Source of the DNA: Octopus sinensis
Taxonomy: Eukaryota
Length of the DNA: 60,014 nt
Assembly: GCF_006345805.1 (NCBI RefSeq)
Contig: NW_021834491.1
Span: 1-60,014, forward strand
Direction: 5' to 3'
Shown here: one piece after another, positions 13,461 through 24,555 of the stretch
Layout: each line of letters opens with the position of its first letter
Position numbering within the stretch: position 1 is the stretch's first letter
Notes under the pieces: model-generated
What the model was told of the DNA's origin: nothing
Database searches by the model: none
Seen by the model: only the letters and a program-made list of their open reading frames with translations
Translations under genes and position numbers: made by a program

Positions 13461-14055
13461 CTTTTACTCTTTTACTCTTTTACTTGTTTCAGCCATTTGA
13501 CTGCGGCCATGCTGGAACACCACCTTTAGTCGAACAAATCGACCCAGGACTTATTCTTTATTAGTCTAGAACTTCTTCTATAGGTCTCTTTTGCAGAAAT
13601 GCTAAATTACGGTTCTCAAGCGATGGTGGGGGTGGGACGAACACAGACACAGACACAGACACACATACATACAGCGCCATGATAGATCGTTAGCCACTAC
13701 ACACATTTTTTCTCTCCTTGTTTTTTTTTCTCCTTTTTTTCTCTCCTTGTTTTTTCTGTGTCCCTTTCTGTAGAAGAGCGTAGGCTCGAAACGTAAAAGA
13801 CTTTTTCTATTCCTGAGCGTTATACTAATACATCTGTTTGTTTTGTAAACCACCTGTCTTCATCTTTTGTTTTTTTTTCGTAAACTCTCCCTATATATAT
13901 ACGACGGGTTTCTTTCAGTTTCCATCTACCAGATCCACTCACAAGGCTTTGGTTGGGCCGTGGCTATAGTAGAAGACACTTGCCCAAGGTGCAATGCAGT
14001 GGGACTGAACCTGGAGCCATGTGGTTGGTGAGCAAGCTTCTTACCACACAGCCAC
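13461..14055 (-). mobile_element. SINE family A, full length, with a nested element at 13674-13891
   Basis: Tail (CTTTTACT)n, GACTGCGGCCATGCTGG, internal CA/TA tract, head GGGACTGAACC...ACCACACAGCCA. Confidence 0.9.
13674..13891 (+). mobile_element. ~215-bp non-autonomous element with a hammerhead-like motif (13764-13799), nested in the internal microsatellite of SINE A
   Basis: CTTT-CTGTAGA-A-GAGC(GTAG)GCTC-GAA-ACGT-A-AAAG. A second copy with the same termini lies at 41768-41957 (minus). Confidence 0.75.
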
Positions 14056-14061
14056 ACTACA

Positions 14062-14420
14062 CCTTTTTGCAATTTGGTGGTTGTCTTCCGCTGTTGATGG
14101 TCAGTGATTCTTTAACTATTTATCGGAGATTCGATGATTGATGTAGAATTGGAAGGTTTCTTTTCGCTGAATGTAGGATGTTGTGGTTTCTAGATCTAGG
14201 GTGACAACAAATGGAATATTCATATTTGTGTCTTTGTTTCCACCGTCCACGTAAGTGTTTCTCCGTAAGGCAAAGATTAGAGTTTCTTTTGCTTTGTTTA
14301 AGGCATGATATATTATGGTTTTATATTTTTGGTATTTTTGTTTCTGAAGGAATATGTTTAGTTCTACCAGCTGTGTCTCTCATTTATTTGAGCCTGTAAC
14401 TATTGAGCAACACGTCTTGC
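14062..14420 (-). pseudogene. Penelope-like element fragment (linker between RT and GIY-YIG endonuclease)
   Basis: ETQLVELNIFLQKQKY...IIYHALNKAKE...NIPFVVT..PRNHNILHSAKRNLPILHQS...INSGRQPPNCKK matches the PLE motifs LxxxxYP, IPFVxTYxP and SxRQPxNL. Confidence 0.75.
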
Positions 14421-14605
14421 AGAATCGTTAGCATGCTGGGAAAAATGCTTAGCGGCATCTCGTCCATCTTTACGTTCTGAGCTCAAATTCCGCCGAGATC
14501 GACTTTGCCTTTCGTCTTTAGAGGTCGATAAAATAAGTACCAGTTGAATACTGGAGTCAATGTAATTGACTTATCCTCCGCTCCCCCGAAAATGTTTTGG
14601 ACTTG
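14420..14605 (+). mobile_element. SINE B1
   Basis: CAGAATCGTTAGCATG...GCTCAAATTCCGCCGAGATCGACTTTGCCTTT...AAGTACCAG. Confidence 0.85.
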
Positions 14606-15633
14606 ATTCAAAGAACTCAATTGTTAAAGGGGAAGTGTTGTGGATGATCTTAAAAACCAGGTCTTCCTGTAAATTCGTTAGTTCCATTTCTGCAGTACTT
14701 TATTTTGTAACCAGAGGTTCGAAAATTGGTCAGCCACCACTAGCACCATCTATCACATCAACCAGCAATGAATTTACATGAAAGCAGTTCTTGTAATTTA
14801 TCTTTGCATTCTTCAAATTTGTGCTTTTTTTTCTTTTAATTCAATATCAGCGAATGAATGTATGGATTTACTCTCCACCTGAGATCAGGAAAGTGATTAC
14901 CATTTTTTTGATAATATTTCTTTGAAAAAACTCATTTTATTCTGAAAGCCGAAAATTATTTAAAGCCAGAAATACAATCTGATCGTTTCCCTGGAGTGCC
15001 AAGTTGAGAATTCGTGAATGATTTATTCCATCAGTTAAGAATATCAGCTTTTGCATCCATTCATCATTTTCCAACTGAGGAATATTTTCTTTAAGAAAAG
15101 TAATAATAGATTCCAAAAGATCCACAACCACATTCAAGACCCTGCTGGTTGACAGCCACCTTACAATGTCTTAGGTACTTCTCTGGGTTTATCTTCACGC
15201 TCCGATTCATCCACAGAATTTCTGAAACGTCGATGGATCTTCTCAATTAAGCGGATAAAGTTGAAAATTTGAAGAACTGCTTTCGTAACTAATTCATACT
15301 TGAAGTATCTGGCGGCCAGGTATTCAAAATAAATAATGCAATGAATTGGTAGAAATTCTAGAAAACTGAGATCGCTTTTCATAAGTTTATTAAGGCTGCT
15401 TTCTCCTCTCCACTTCATCATTATAAGTGTTCCATTTGTTGCAACACTTGATGAATTTAATCAGTGAAACACCGACGTTTCTTAAGGCTCTGTTCGCTGC
15501 GTATTTAATGTTAACACTACGAGTTAGAAGTTATATTTAAGGAGATGGAACGGACAAATGTAAACTTTAAACTTTTCAAGAGCAAATCTGAACGAAAGGG
15601 AATTCCTTAAATTATTTTGCACTTTGTCTGTAA

Positions 15634-15978
15634 CAAGTGAAGGCGCATGGCTCAGTGGTTAGAGCGTCGAGCTTACGATCGTGAGGTTGTGAGCTCGAAT
15701 CCCGGACCGGGCTGCGTGTTGTGTTCTTGAGCAAGGCACTTTATTTCACGTTGCTCCAGTTCACTCAGCTGTAGAAATGAGTTGCGATGTCACTGGTGCC
15801 AAGCTGTATCAACCTTTGTCTTTCCCTTGGATAACACTGGTGGTGTGGAGAGGGGAGGCTGGTATGCATGGGCGACTGCTGGTCTTCCATAAAACAACCT
15901 TGCCCGGACTTGTGTCTAGGAGGGTAACTTTCTAGGTGCAATCCCATGGTCATTCATGACCGAAGGGGGTCTTTACCC
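15634..15978 (+). mobile_element. SINE family C with a different tail, 9-bp TSD, inserted in the hAT remnant
   Basis: A box TGGCTCAGTGG, B-like GAGCTCGAATCC, central GTGTTCTTGAGCAAGGCACTTTA...CTCCAGTTCACTCAGCTG; TGTCTGTAA at 15625-15633 and 15979-15987. Confidence 0.9.
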
Positions 15979-16161
15979 TGTCTGTAAAATCAACCCTGAT
16001 GTAGAAAACATGTGTTTCTGTAGCATTTCCAAGACAGTTACTTGTGCTATTAGTCGTTGAAATTTTGTGTTTTGTAGATATATCGCAGCAGCAATTTCAA
16101 TCATATTCTTCTTATTAATTTCTCCATCAAAATAGAGACACGAACAATATTTCCCATCATA

Positions 16162-16325
16162 CATTATTTACATTATTTACATTCTCGGATATTTGTCCTC
16201 ATCTTGTTTGTTGTTAACACAACGTTTCGGCTGATATACCCTCCAGCCTTCTTCAGGTTTCTTGGGGAAATTTCGAACCTGGGTTCTCATTCCTGAGGTA
16301 TTCTTCGATGTTGTTGTTGTTGTTG

Positions 16326-16378
<53 letters not shown>

Positions 16379-16551
16379 GTTCAGATCACTGCTTGGAATC
16401 GAACTCGGAATCTTGGGGTTAGTAGCCCGCGCTCTTAACCACTACGCCACATGCCCGTTAACAACAAACAAGATGAGGACAAATTTCCGTCGAATGTAAA
16501 TAATGTAAATAATGTACATAATTCCTCATCTCTTAAATATAGAACTGTATA
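16162..16551 (-). mobile_element. tRNA-headed SINE with a minimal hammerhead ribozyme motif (16216-16261) and an inverted 5' copy of its 3' end; 10-bp TSD
   Basis: Minus strand: A box TGGCGTAGTGG, B box GAGTTCGATTCC, (AAT)n/(AAC)n, then GAAAC-CTGAAGA-A-GGCTG(GAGGGTATAT)CAGCC-GAA-ACGT-T-GTGTT. Inverted repeat 16161-16218 versus 16457-16515; TCCCATCATA at 16152-16161 and 16552-16561. Confidence 0.85.
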
Positions 16552-16830
16552 TCCCATCATAGTTGAAAAAAAGAAAAAAGAAAAATCTAGCTTCAGTCTT
16601 TTCTGTCGGTTTTCTTACTAAACATTGTCAGAGGTGTTTACTGGCTGTTTGGATGTAATTTTAACACACTTTACTTGTTTTACCTTTATTCTGACTAAGG
16701 TGTAAAATAAAGCATACAAAAAGTAGCGTTTTAAGTTATTTTTGTGCTTATTGCTTTTGTAATGTAAATGTTATGTTAGCGAATAAATTAAAACCCCTGA
16801 GGTAATTGTAACATATAAAAAACCTTTTGA

Positions 16831-17214
16831 TTACTCTTTACTTGTTGCAGTCATTTGACTGTGGCCATGCTGGAGCACCGCCTTTAGTCGAGCAAATCGC
16901 CCCCATGAATTATTCTTTGTAAGCCTAGTACTTATTCTATCGGTCTCTTTTGCCGAACCGCTAAGTTACGGGGACGTAAACACACCAACATCGGTTGTCA
17001 AGCGATGTTGGGGGGGGGGGACAAACACAGAACACAAACCCACAGACACACACACGCACATACATATATACATACATACGACGGGCTTCTTTCAATTTCC
17101 ATCTACCAAATCCACTCATAAGGCTTTGGTCTGCCCGAGGCTATAGTAGAAGACACTTGCCCTGAACTCAGAACCATGTGGCTGGTAAGCAATCTACTTA
17201 CCACACAGCCACTC
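16831..17214 (-). mobile_element. SINE family A
   Basis: Near-full copy with a small deletion in the head. Confidence 0.9.
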
Positions 17215-18309
17215 AAATAATATTTTACCAATGATTGCGTTTATGGAGATGGCGTGGGTGTGGTCGAGCTTAGATTAATTAAGCTACTTCTGGACGACTC
17301 CCATAGTGTACTAAAATCTTTAAACCCCAACAACTCTTGTTTTCACTTCTTCAACACTTCTCTGTATCTTTTGTTGACTTGAAATTTCGCTCAGCCCTCT
17401 GCGTCCGATCATTCTGTTCCTCACCACTGAAGAACAAAGCCTCATTAAGATCTAGTAACAAAATTAGTATTAAATTACTACACGTACATTAAACAATCTG
17501 ACAGTAAAATACCGATGTCTATAATATTTATAATGCTTACAAGACATGTAACGCTACTAGATGTAATATTTTGCACCAGCGAAGCTTTTTCATTGTCTTG
17601 AAAACACAGGGTGTTGCTCAGAACGCCAGTGGCAAATACTCCGACGTTCTAAGCTAAGCTGAAAATGCTTGTTCTAATATAGAAATCGGAGAACAAAGCG
17701 TTTACTTATTTATGCAAAATGTAGCCAGGTTAGAGTTTAAATTAATAAACGCATTTGATAGTCATTAAATTCTTAAAGTTGGAAATAACTAAATGTATTA
17801 AATGCTAGAGGCATAGAACAATTACAGTAAAAAAACCTGAGTTTCTCGACAGCAATTTACTCAATATTCGCGATCATTCGTCAGCTGTTGTAACTATTAA
17901 ACATGATTGGAACACCCGACAGACGGTAGCGAGTATCAAATAGATCACTGTTGAGGAGAAACTCTGAATATAAGTTCTGAATATAAGTGTTCCATCTCTA
18001 TATCATTTAATACAATGCTTCTGAAAATATCTGATGTGGCGTACCGGCAGTTTTTTTTACCAATGTAAATATTTCTTAGTAATATTAATTTATACTGGAA
18101 ACAATATATATAATGGATGTAATAAAAATTGACAATGTTTTTGATCTTATATTTATTTTGTAAACAAATAATACAATATTACATAAGCATTTTATAAGCA
18201 TTTTATAATGTTACTTTCTTTTCGGGAAACTCGTCGCGTACCGGTAGCTAATGGCTCGCAGACCGGCATCGGTCCCAAGACCACCACTTTGAATAGCAGT
18301 GATTTAATA

Positions 18310-18341
<32 letters not shown>

Positions 18342-18381
18342 CTGTATATATATATACATATATATATATATCCATACAACC

Positions 18382-18518
<137 letters not shown>

Positions 18519-19048
18519 CCAAACAAAGGCGTATTCAAATTTCCAGTTAAACTTCGATTAGATCTTTAATGCCCATGACCAAGCAATGAATGAACGCCAC
18601 ACTATCACAACACTTACCTTGTGCCGATGATAAATATGTGGCCATGGATATTCAGGAGTTATCACTTTTTTTGTCTTGAAAATAAAAATTCCACTTGGCT
18701 GGGGAACAAATAATCGAACCCGCACCGCTTAGCTGCGCTTTGCCAGAATACCTCATGCAATACAATGTTGAACACACAGTATAATGTATAATGTTGACAT
18801 AGGATGACTGACTATGCATGCTGTCTACTGGACTCTGATCTAAGATCTGTAAGGAAGCATAACGTAGTAAGCACATGCACACATCTACACACATGTACAT
18901 TATACATGCATTTCTGCGCGTACGTATGCGCATATATATATATATGTATATATATGTGTTACTATTGTGCAGTTGGAGAAATTGCTATTGTATTGTGGTA
19001 ATATGATAGATTTCCTGTAAGATGACTGAACTGATTGTAATGTTACAA

Positions 19049-19087
<39 letters not shown>

Positions 19088-19907
19088 CGTGTGTGTGTGT
19101 GTGTGTGCGTGTGAGTAAGTGTGTGTGTTTAAATATATAATATATATATATGAATATAATATATATGCATATATACGTTTGTATATATGTATAGATTGTA
19201 TGTATATATATATATAGTATGTATATGTATATATATATGTATATATATATGTATATATATCTATATATATATAGTATGTATATACATATAGTATGTATAT
19301 ATATATGTTTATATATATATTTATGTATCTATATATATATATATTGTATGTACGTACCTCTCTCTCTCTCTCCCTCTCTTTCTATATGTATGTATGTATG
19401 TATATATAAGCACACACATATCCTCTTTATACAATACAATTTTACAGTTCCCCCTAGTGGTAATGTTGCTGTTATGCAATAGATTCCTTCTTACTTTTCT
19501 TCTCTTCTCTTCTATTATTTATTTATTTCGATTCTCGAATCTTTTCATAAACGGTAGATAATCCGAAGTGAGTTGCTTTATCATGAACAAGTCTGAAAAT
19601 GAAAGCTTGATCAACAAACACGCTGCTATGTTAGAATCCATTTCCCATGGACATTTCAAGACGTACATTAGATAACAATAGATGAATCGTTTTCGGTTTC
19701 CTACGATTTTTTTTTCGTCATTCCTATCGGAATCGCTAAGACTTTGCAACTACTGTATAATGAGTTAAACCAAGAATGTGTTTATACCCATGGCAGAGTG
19801 CCAAATATGCTGCGAAACCAAGGAATTGGCGTTCAAACTCATACATCGTTATCTGAATACTTATTCATAAAAAGTATCTGTCTACCGATTTAGTTGTGTA
19901 GTGGTCA

Positions 19908-20385
<478 letters not shown>

Positions 20386-20640
20386 ATTTGATTTTCGTAT
20401 CATGCAACAGAAATTTCATTCGAAAGAAGAAACTGTTTACCGACAAAAAAAAATTATATTTATAATAGCCATCTATGTATCATACTTAACGAATATACAC
20501 CTTTGACAGTCACGATACTATGGACTTTGAGAAAAACTCTATCAGAGCGAAGAGAGCATTTCCCAGCATGCCCCACTAGAATGTCAAACACATTTCGGTT
20601 TCCTTGAATCTTTTCGATGATGTGTTGTCGTTAATCACAT

Positions 20641-21070
20641 AGGCGCAGGAGTGGCTGTGTGGTAAGTAGCTTGCTAACCAACCACATGGTTCCGGGTTCA
20701 GTCCCACTGCGTGGCATCTTGGGCAAGTGTCTTCTGCTATAGCCCCGGGCCGATCAATGCCTTGTGAGTGGATTTGGTAGACGGAAACTGAAAGAAGCCT
20801 GTCGTATATATGTATATATATATTTATGTGTGTATGTGTATGTATGTTTGTGTGTCTGTGTTTGTCCCCTTAGCATTGCTTGACAACCGATGCTGGTGTG
20901 TTTACGTCCCCGTCACTAGCGGTTCGGCAAAAGAGACCGATAGAATAAGTACTGGGCTTACAAAGAATAAGTCCCGGGGTCGATTTGCTCGACTAAAGGC
21001 GGTGCTCCAGCATGGCCGCAGTCAAATGACTGAAACAAGTAAAAGAGTAAAAGAGAAAGAGTAAAGAGTA
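20641..21070 (+). mobile_element. SINE family A, full length, young-looking
   Basis: AGGCGCAGGAGTGGCTGTGTGG (A box)...GGGTTCAGTCC (B box)...TTGGGCAAGTGTCTT (CORE-like)...internal TA/TG tract...TGACTGAAACAAGTAAAAGAGTAAAAGAG. Confidence 0.93.
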
Positions 21071-21330
21071 TACCTAGAAGAAATCTACCACTTCCGATGC
21101 ATAAAAAAACAGTGAATATTGCATTCACTAGCACTGTGGCAAGCTATCTCGCACAGTGTAGTTCCTCGATTGTCTCTAGAGGCCTTGCTATATCGGGAGG
21201 GCCCCATCTCTGTCATCTTCCCCGCCACTTATTTTTAAAACTTTGTACGCCATGCGTATGTCCCTTCTTTTTCAGTGCATACCCCCTATACTTACTTTCT
21301 TTCCTTCTTTCATTTTTTGATCATTTCATT

Positions 21331-21547
21331 ACTCTTACTCTTTACTCTTTTACTTGTTTCAGTCAGTTGACTGCGGCCATGCTGGAGCACCGCCTTTAGT
21401 CGAGCAACTCGACCCCGGGACCTATTCTTTGTAAGCCCAGTACTTATTCTATCGGTCTCTTTTGCCGAACCGCCAAGTAACGGGGACATAAACACACCAG
21501 CATCGGTTGTCAAGCAATGCTAGGAGGACAAACACAGACACACAAAG

Positions 21548-21594
<47 letters not shown>

Positions 21595-21766
21595 CATATA
21601 TACGACGGGCTTCTTTCAGTTTCCGTCTACCAAATCCACTCACAAGGCTTTGGTCGGCCCGAGGCTATAGTAGAAGACACTTGCCCAAGTTGCCACGCAG
21701 TGGGACTGAACCCGGAACCATGTGGTTGGTTAGCAAGCTACTTACCACACAGCCACTCCTGCGCCT
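21331..21766 (-). mobile_element. SINE family A, full length, inverted relative to 20641-21070
   Basis: Reverse complement of the preceding copy at high identity. Confidence 0.93.
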
Positions 21767-21849
21767 ATTTCATTATATGTAAACCCCAACACTTTATGTC
21801 TGTATTTGTATTGTCCCGCTCATCCTTCACCCTTGTGGCAAATATATGA

Positions 21850-22042
21850 AAGCGCTTAGAGGTATTTCGTCTGTCGTTACGTTCTGAGTTTAAATTCCGC
21901 CGAGGTCGGCTTTGACTTTCATCCTTTCGAGGTCGATTAAATAAGTACCAGTTAGACACTGGGGTAGATATTATCAACTTATTCTCTTTGTCTGTCCTTG
22001 TTTGTCCCCTCTATGTTTAGCCTCCTCTGGGCAATAAAGAAA

Positions 22043-22102
<60 letters not shown>

Positions 22103-22318
22103 GGCGGCGAGCTGGCAGAATCGTTAGCACGCCGGGCAGACTGCTTAGCGGTATTTCGTTTGCTGATACGTTCTGAGTTTAAATCCCACCGAGGCCGACT
22201 TTTTTTTTCATCTTTTCGAGGTCGATAAATTAAGTACCAGTGAAACACTGGGGTTGATGTAATTGACCAGTTCCCCTCCAATCAAATTTCAGGCCTTGTG
22301 TCTATAGTAGAAAGTATT
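21850..22318 (+). mobile_element. SINE B2 (21850-22045), (ATT)n, SINE B1 (22101-22318)
   Basis: Shared B head and core; B2 tail CCCCTCTATGTTTAGCC...GGGCAATAAAGAAA; B1 tail AATTTCAGGCCTTGTGTCTATAGTAGAAA. Confidence 0.88.
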
Positions 22319-22339
22319 ACTATTATTAATATTATCAGT

Positions 22340-22961
22340 ATTGAGTTAGAGAGCAGTGCATGCCATCAAAGTGACCCTAACCCTAAAATATACAAATCTC
22401 AGTATATCCATCAGGATTACCCAGCTATCAAGGGCACGCCAGGCACATAGACCACAACCATATATGTACGACGTGGTGATCTCATATCAAGATAAACAGC
22501 ACATGACCTTGCAGGTGAGGCTCAGTTAGAATTTTCTTCAGCTCAAAAGGTCCTTAACCATATATGTACGACGTGGTGATCTCATATCAAGATAAACAGC
22601 ACATGACCTTGCAGGTGAGGCTCAGTTAGAATTTTCTTCAGCTCAAAAGGTCCTTGAATAAGGTTTGTTTATTGACGATAAACGAAACAACCGTGTTTCT
22701 AGATGCCAAAGAATTCCTCATGGCTATGATGCTCTCCCACTATTCCTGCGCGTGATCAGAGATGCACTCATCATCAGCCACGAAAAGACATGCTCAACTG
22801 GCTAAGATCAAGCAACTGACAAGCAAACCTTTGCTACTGAGCAGAATATTTCTTGTAGACCATCTTTATGCCAAGTCAAAACTATGTACGTGATAGCACT
22901 TCCAATCAGTTAAGATCAGAAGCCATGAGACTCACCGTCTGGTACAGCATCAGGTTACTTT
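22340..22961 (-). mobile_element. ~620-bp non-coding element flanked by TAA-class microsatellites; contains an exact 100-bp tandem duplication
   Basis: Its 3' end (minus: CACTTTGATGGCATGCACTGCTCTCTAACTCAAT) is homologous to 31365-31470. No tRNA head and no ORF. 22456-22555 is identical to 22556-22655. Confidence 0.75.
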
Positions 22962-22999
22962 GCTGTTGTTGTTGTTGTTGTCGTCGTCGTCATCATCAA

Positions 23000-23038
<39 letters not shown>

Positions 23039-23102
23039 TATTGTTGTTGTTGTTGTTATTGATATTGTTACCATTATTTTTATTATTACAATCATTATTA
23101 CC

Positions 23103-23172
<70 letters not shown>

Positions 23173-23218
23173 TTGTCATTATTATTATTATTAATTATTA
23201 TTTTTATAATTATTGTTG

Positions 23219-23306
<88 letters not shown>

Positions 23307-23410
23307 CATAATTATTACTTTTTGTCCAATGGTTGACGTAAGATGTTACGTTATCATCTCGACAAATCTCCCCTGCTTAACCCTGTGCTTTATTATCATC
23401 ATCATCATCA

Positions 23411-23480
<70 letters not shown>
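22962..23480. repeat. (GTT)/(CAT)/(ATT)n compound trinucleotide array with a short unique insert at ~23318-23390
   Basis: Direct. Confidence 0.97.
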
Positions 23481-23481
<1 letters not shown>

Positions 23482-24245
23482 AATATTTTCATATGCACAC
23501 AATAGATTAGACTGTTAGAAAAGAAAAACTCCTAACATTGGGCTACAACAAGTAACACCAAGAGCCCTCCTAATTATCCTGGCTGTCCCTAATAACACCG
23601 CTTTCTGGAGCTGTGCTAAACTGCGTTTAATGCTTATTTCTTTTATTCATCTGTTCAAATCTTTCGTAATAATTTCCAATGCACCTATAACTACAGGGAT
23701 ACACTCTCCATAGTCTCTGTAATTCAATGGCTAGGTCCTTGTGCTTTGCTATTTTTTTTCTATACCTCTCATATTGATTTGTTTCATCATTTGGAACTGT
23801 AACGTCAATCATCTGGTCCTTTCTATTCTCTTTATCTACTTCTACTAAATCAGGTCTTCTAGCTTCTATTACTCTGTCAGTCTGAATGTTAAAGTCCCAC
23901 AACATCTTATATTTCTTACTTTCTAGTACTTTACTTGCTTCGTGTTCATACCATTTATCAGTGTGGTCAAATCCTAGCTTTCTACATAACTCCCGGTGGA
24001 TTGCTGTCCCTAGATTGTCATGTCTTTTCTTGTATTCTTTCTGTGCCAGCATGTTACATTCACTTACTATATGAGTAACGCTTTCCTCTTTTGATTTGCA
24101 TAACCTACATTGGGAAATCTACTTGGTCTTTGTCTATCTTGGCTTTTATCCAATTAGTCCTTAATGCTTGCATTTCCATTCCACATAATACGATTTTAAA
24201 CCTATCAACATTGATTAGAAAAAACCGTCAGTCGAAAGGACCAAT
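23481..24245 (-). mobile_element. R4/Dong-like non-LTR retrotransposon 3' fragment (CCHC knuckle + restriction-like endonuclease)
   Basis: QALRTNWIKAKIDK...C.LCKSKEESVTHIVSECNMLAQKEYKKRHD...LWDFNIQTDRVIEARRPDLV..DK...IDVTVP...K..KHKDLAIEL.RLW...LQKAVLLGTARIIRRAL. The 3' end runs directly into (TAA)n on the element strand. Confidence 0.9.
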
Positions 24246-24555
24246 GAAAAGAAACCAATTTCAAATGTGTGTCTGTCAATGTAAATTGTATTTTATACAT
24301 ATAAACTTTATTTTGTTCCATTCTCAATCTAAATTATCCGACGAATAGGAACGTGAAACTCTGCGTAGCAGTTTTTTGGGATATTTTTGTGTTCTTTGAA
24401 GCTTTCCTCACCACCTTATTTAGTAAGGAGTATATATATATATATATATATATATAGTCTGATAAGCACCAACGCACGAAACTCCCGCACCCTGAGTCAC
24501 TATTTTGCTTCTGTTAATTATTAATAAAAATAAAATATCTATCTATCTATCTATC

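Larger units (their letters stand above)
14600..16680 (-). pseudogene. hAT transposase remnant (Charlie/Buster/SPIN, GTF2IRD2-like), interrupted by two SINE insertions
   Basis: Collinear motifs on the minus strand: FDGEINKKNMIEIAAAI (cf. FxDGEFxKxCMxExA); SVATNGTLIM (cf. SVTTDGAPAM); HCII...VLQIFNFIR; VRWLSTSRVL; ENDEWMQKLIFLTD..NH..ILNLALQGNDQ; EMELTNLQEDL. Many stops and frameshifts. Confidence 0.87.

Noticed and set aside
16385-16456. tRNA-like sequences here and at 12880-12958, 15637-15710, 30036-30120 and 47460-47539 as genuine tRNA genes
   Set aside because: A and B boxes are present but acceptor stems do not close, and each continues into a SINE body, usually with a TSD.
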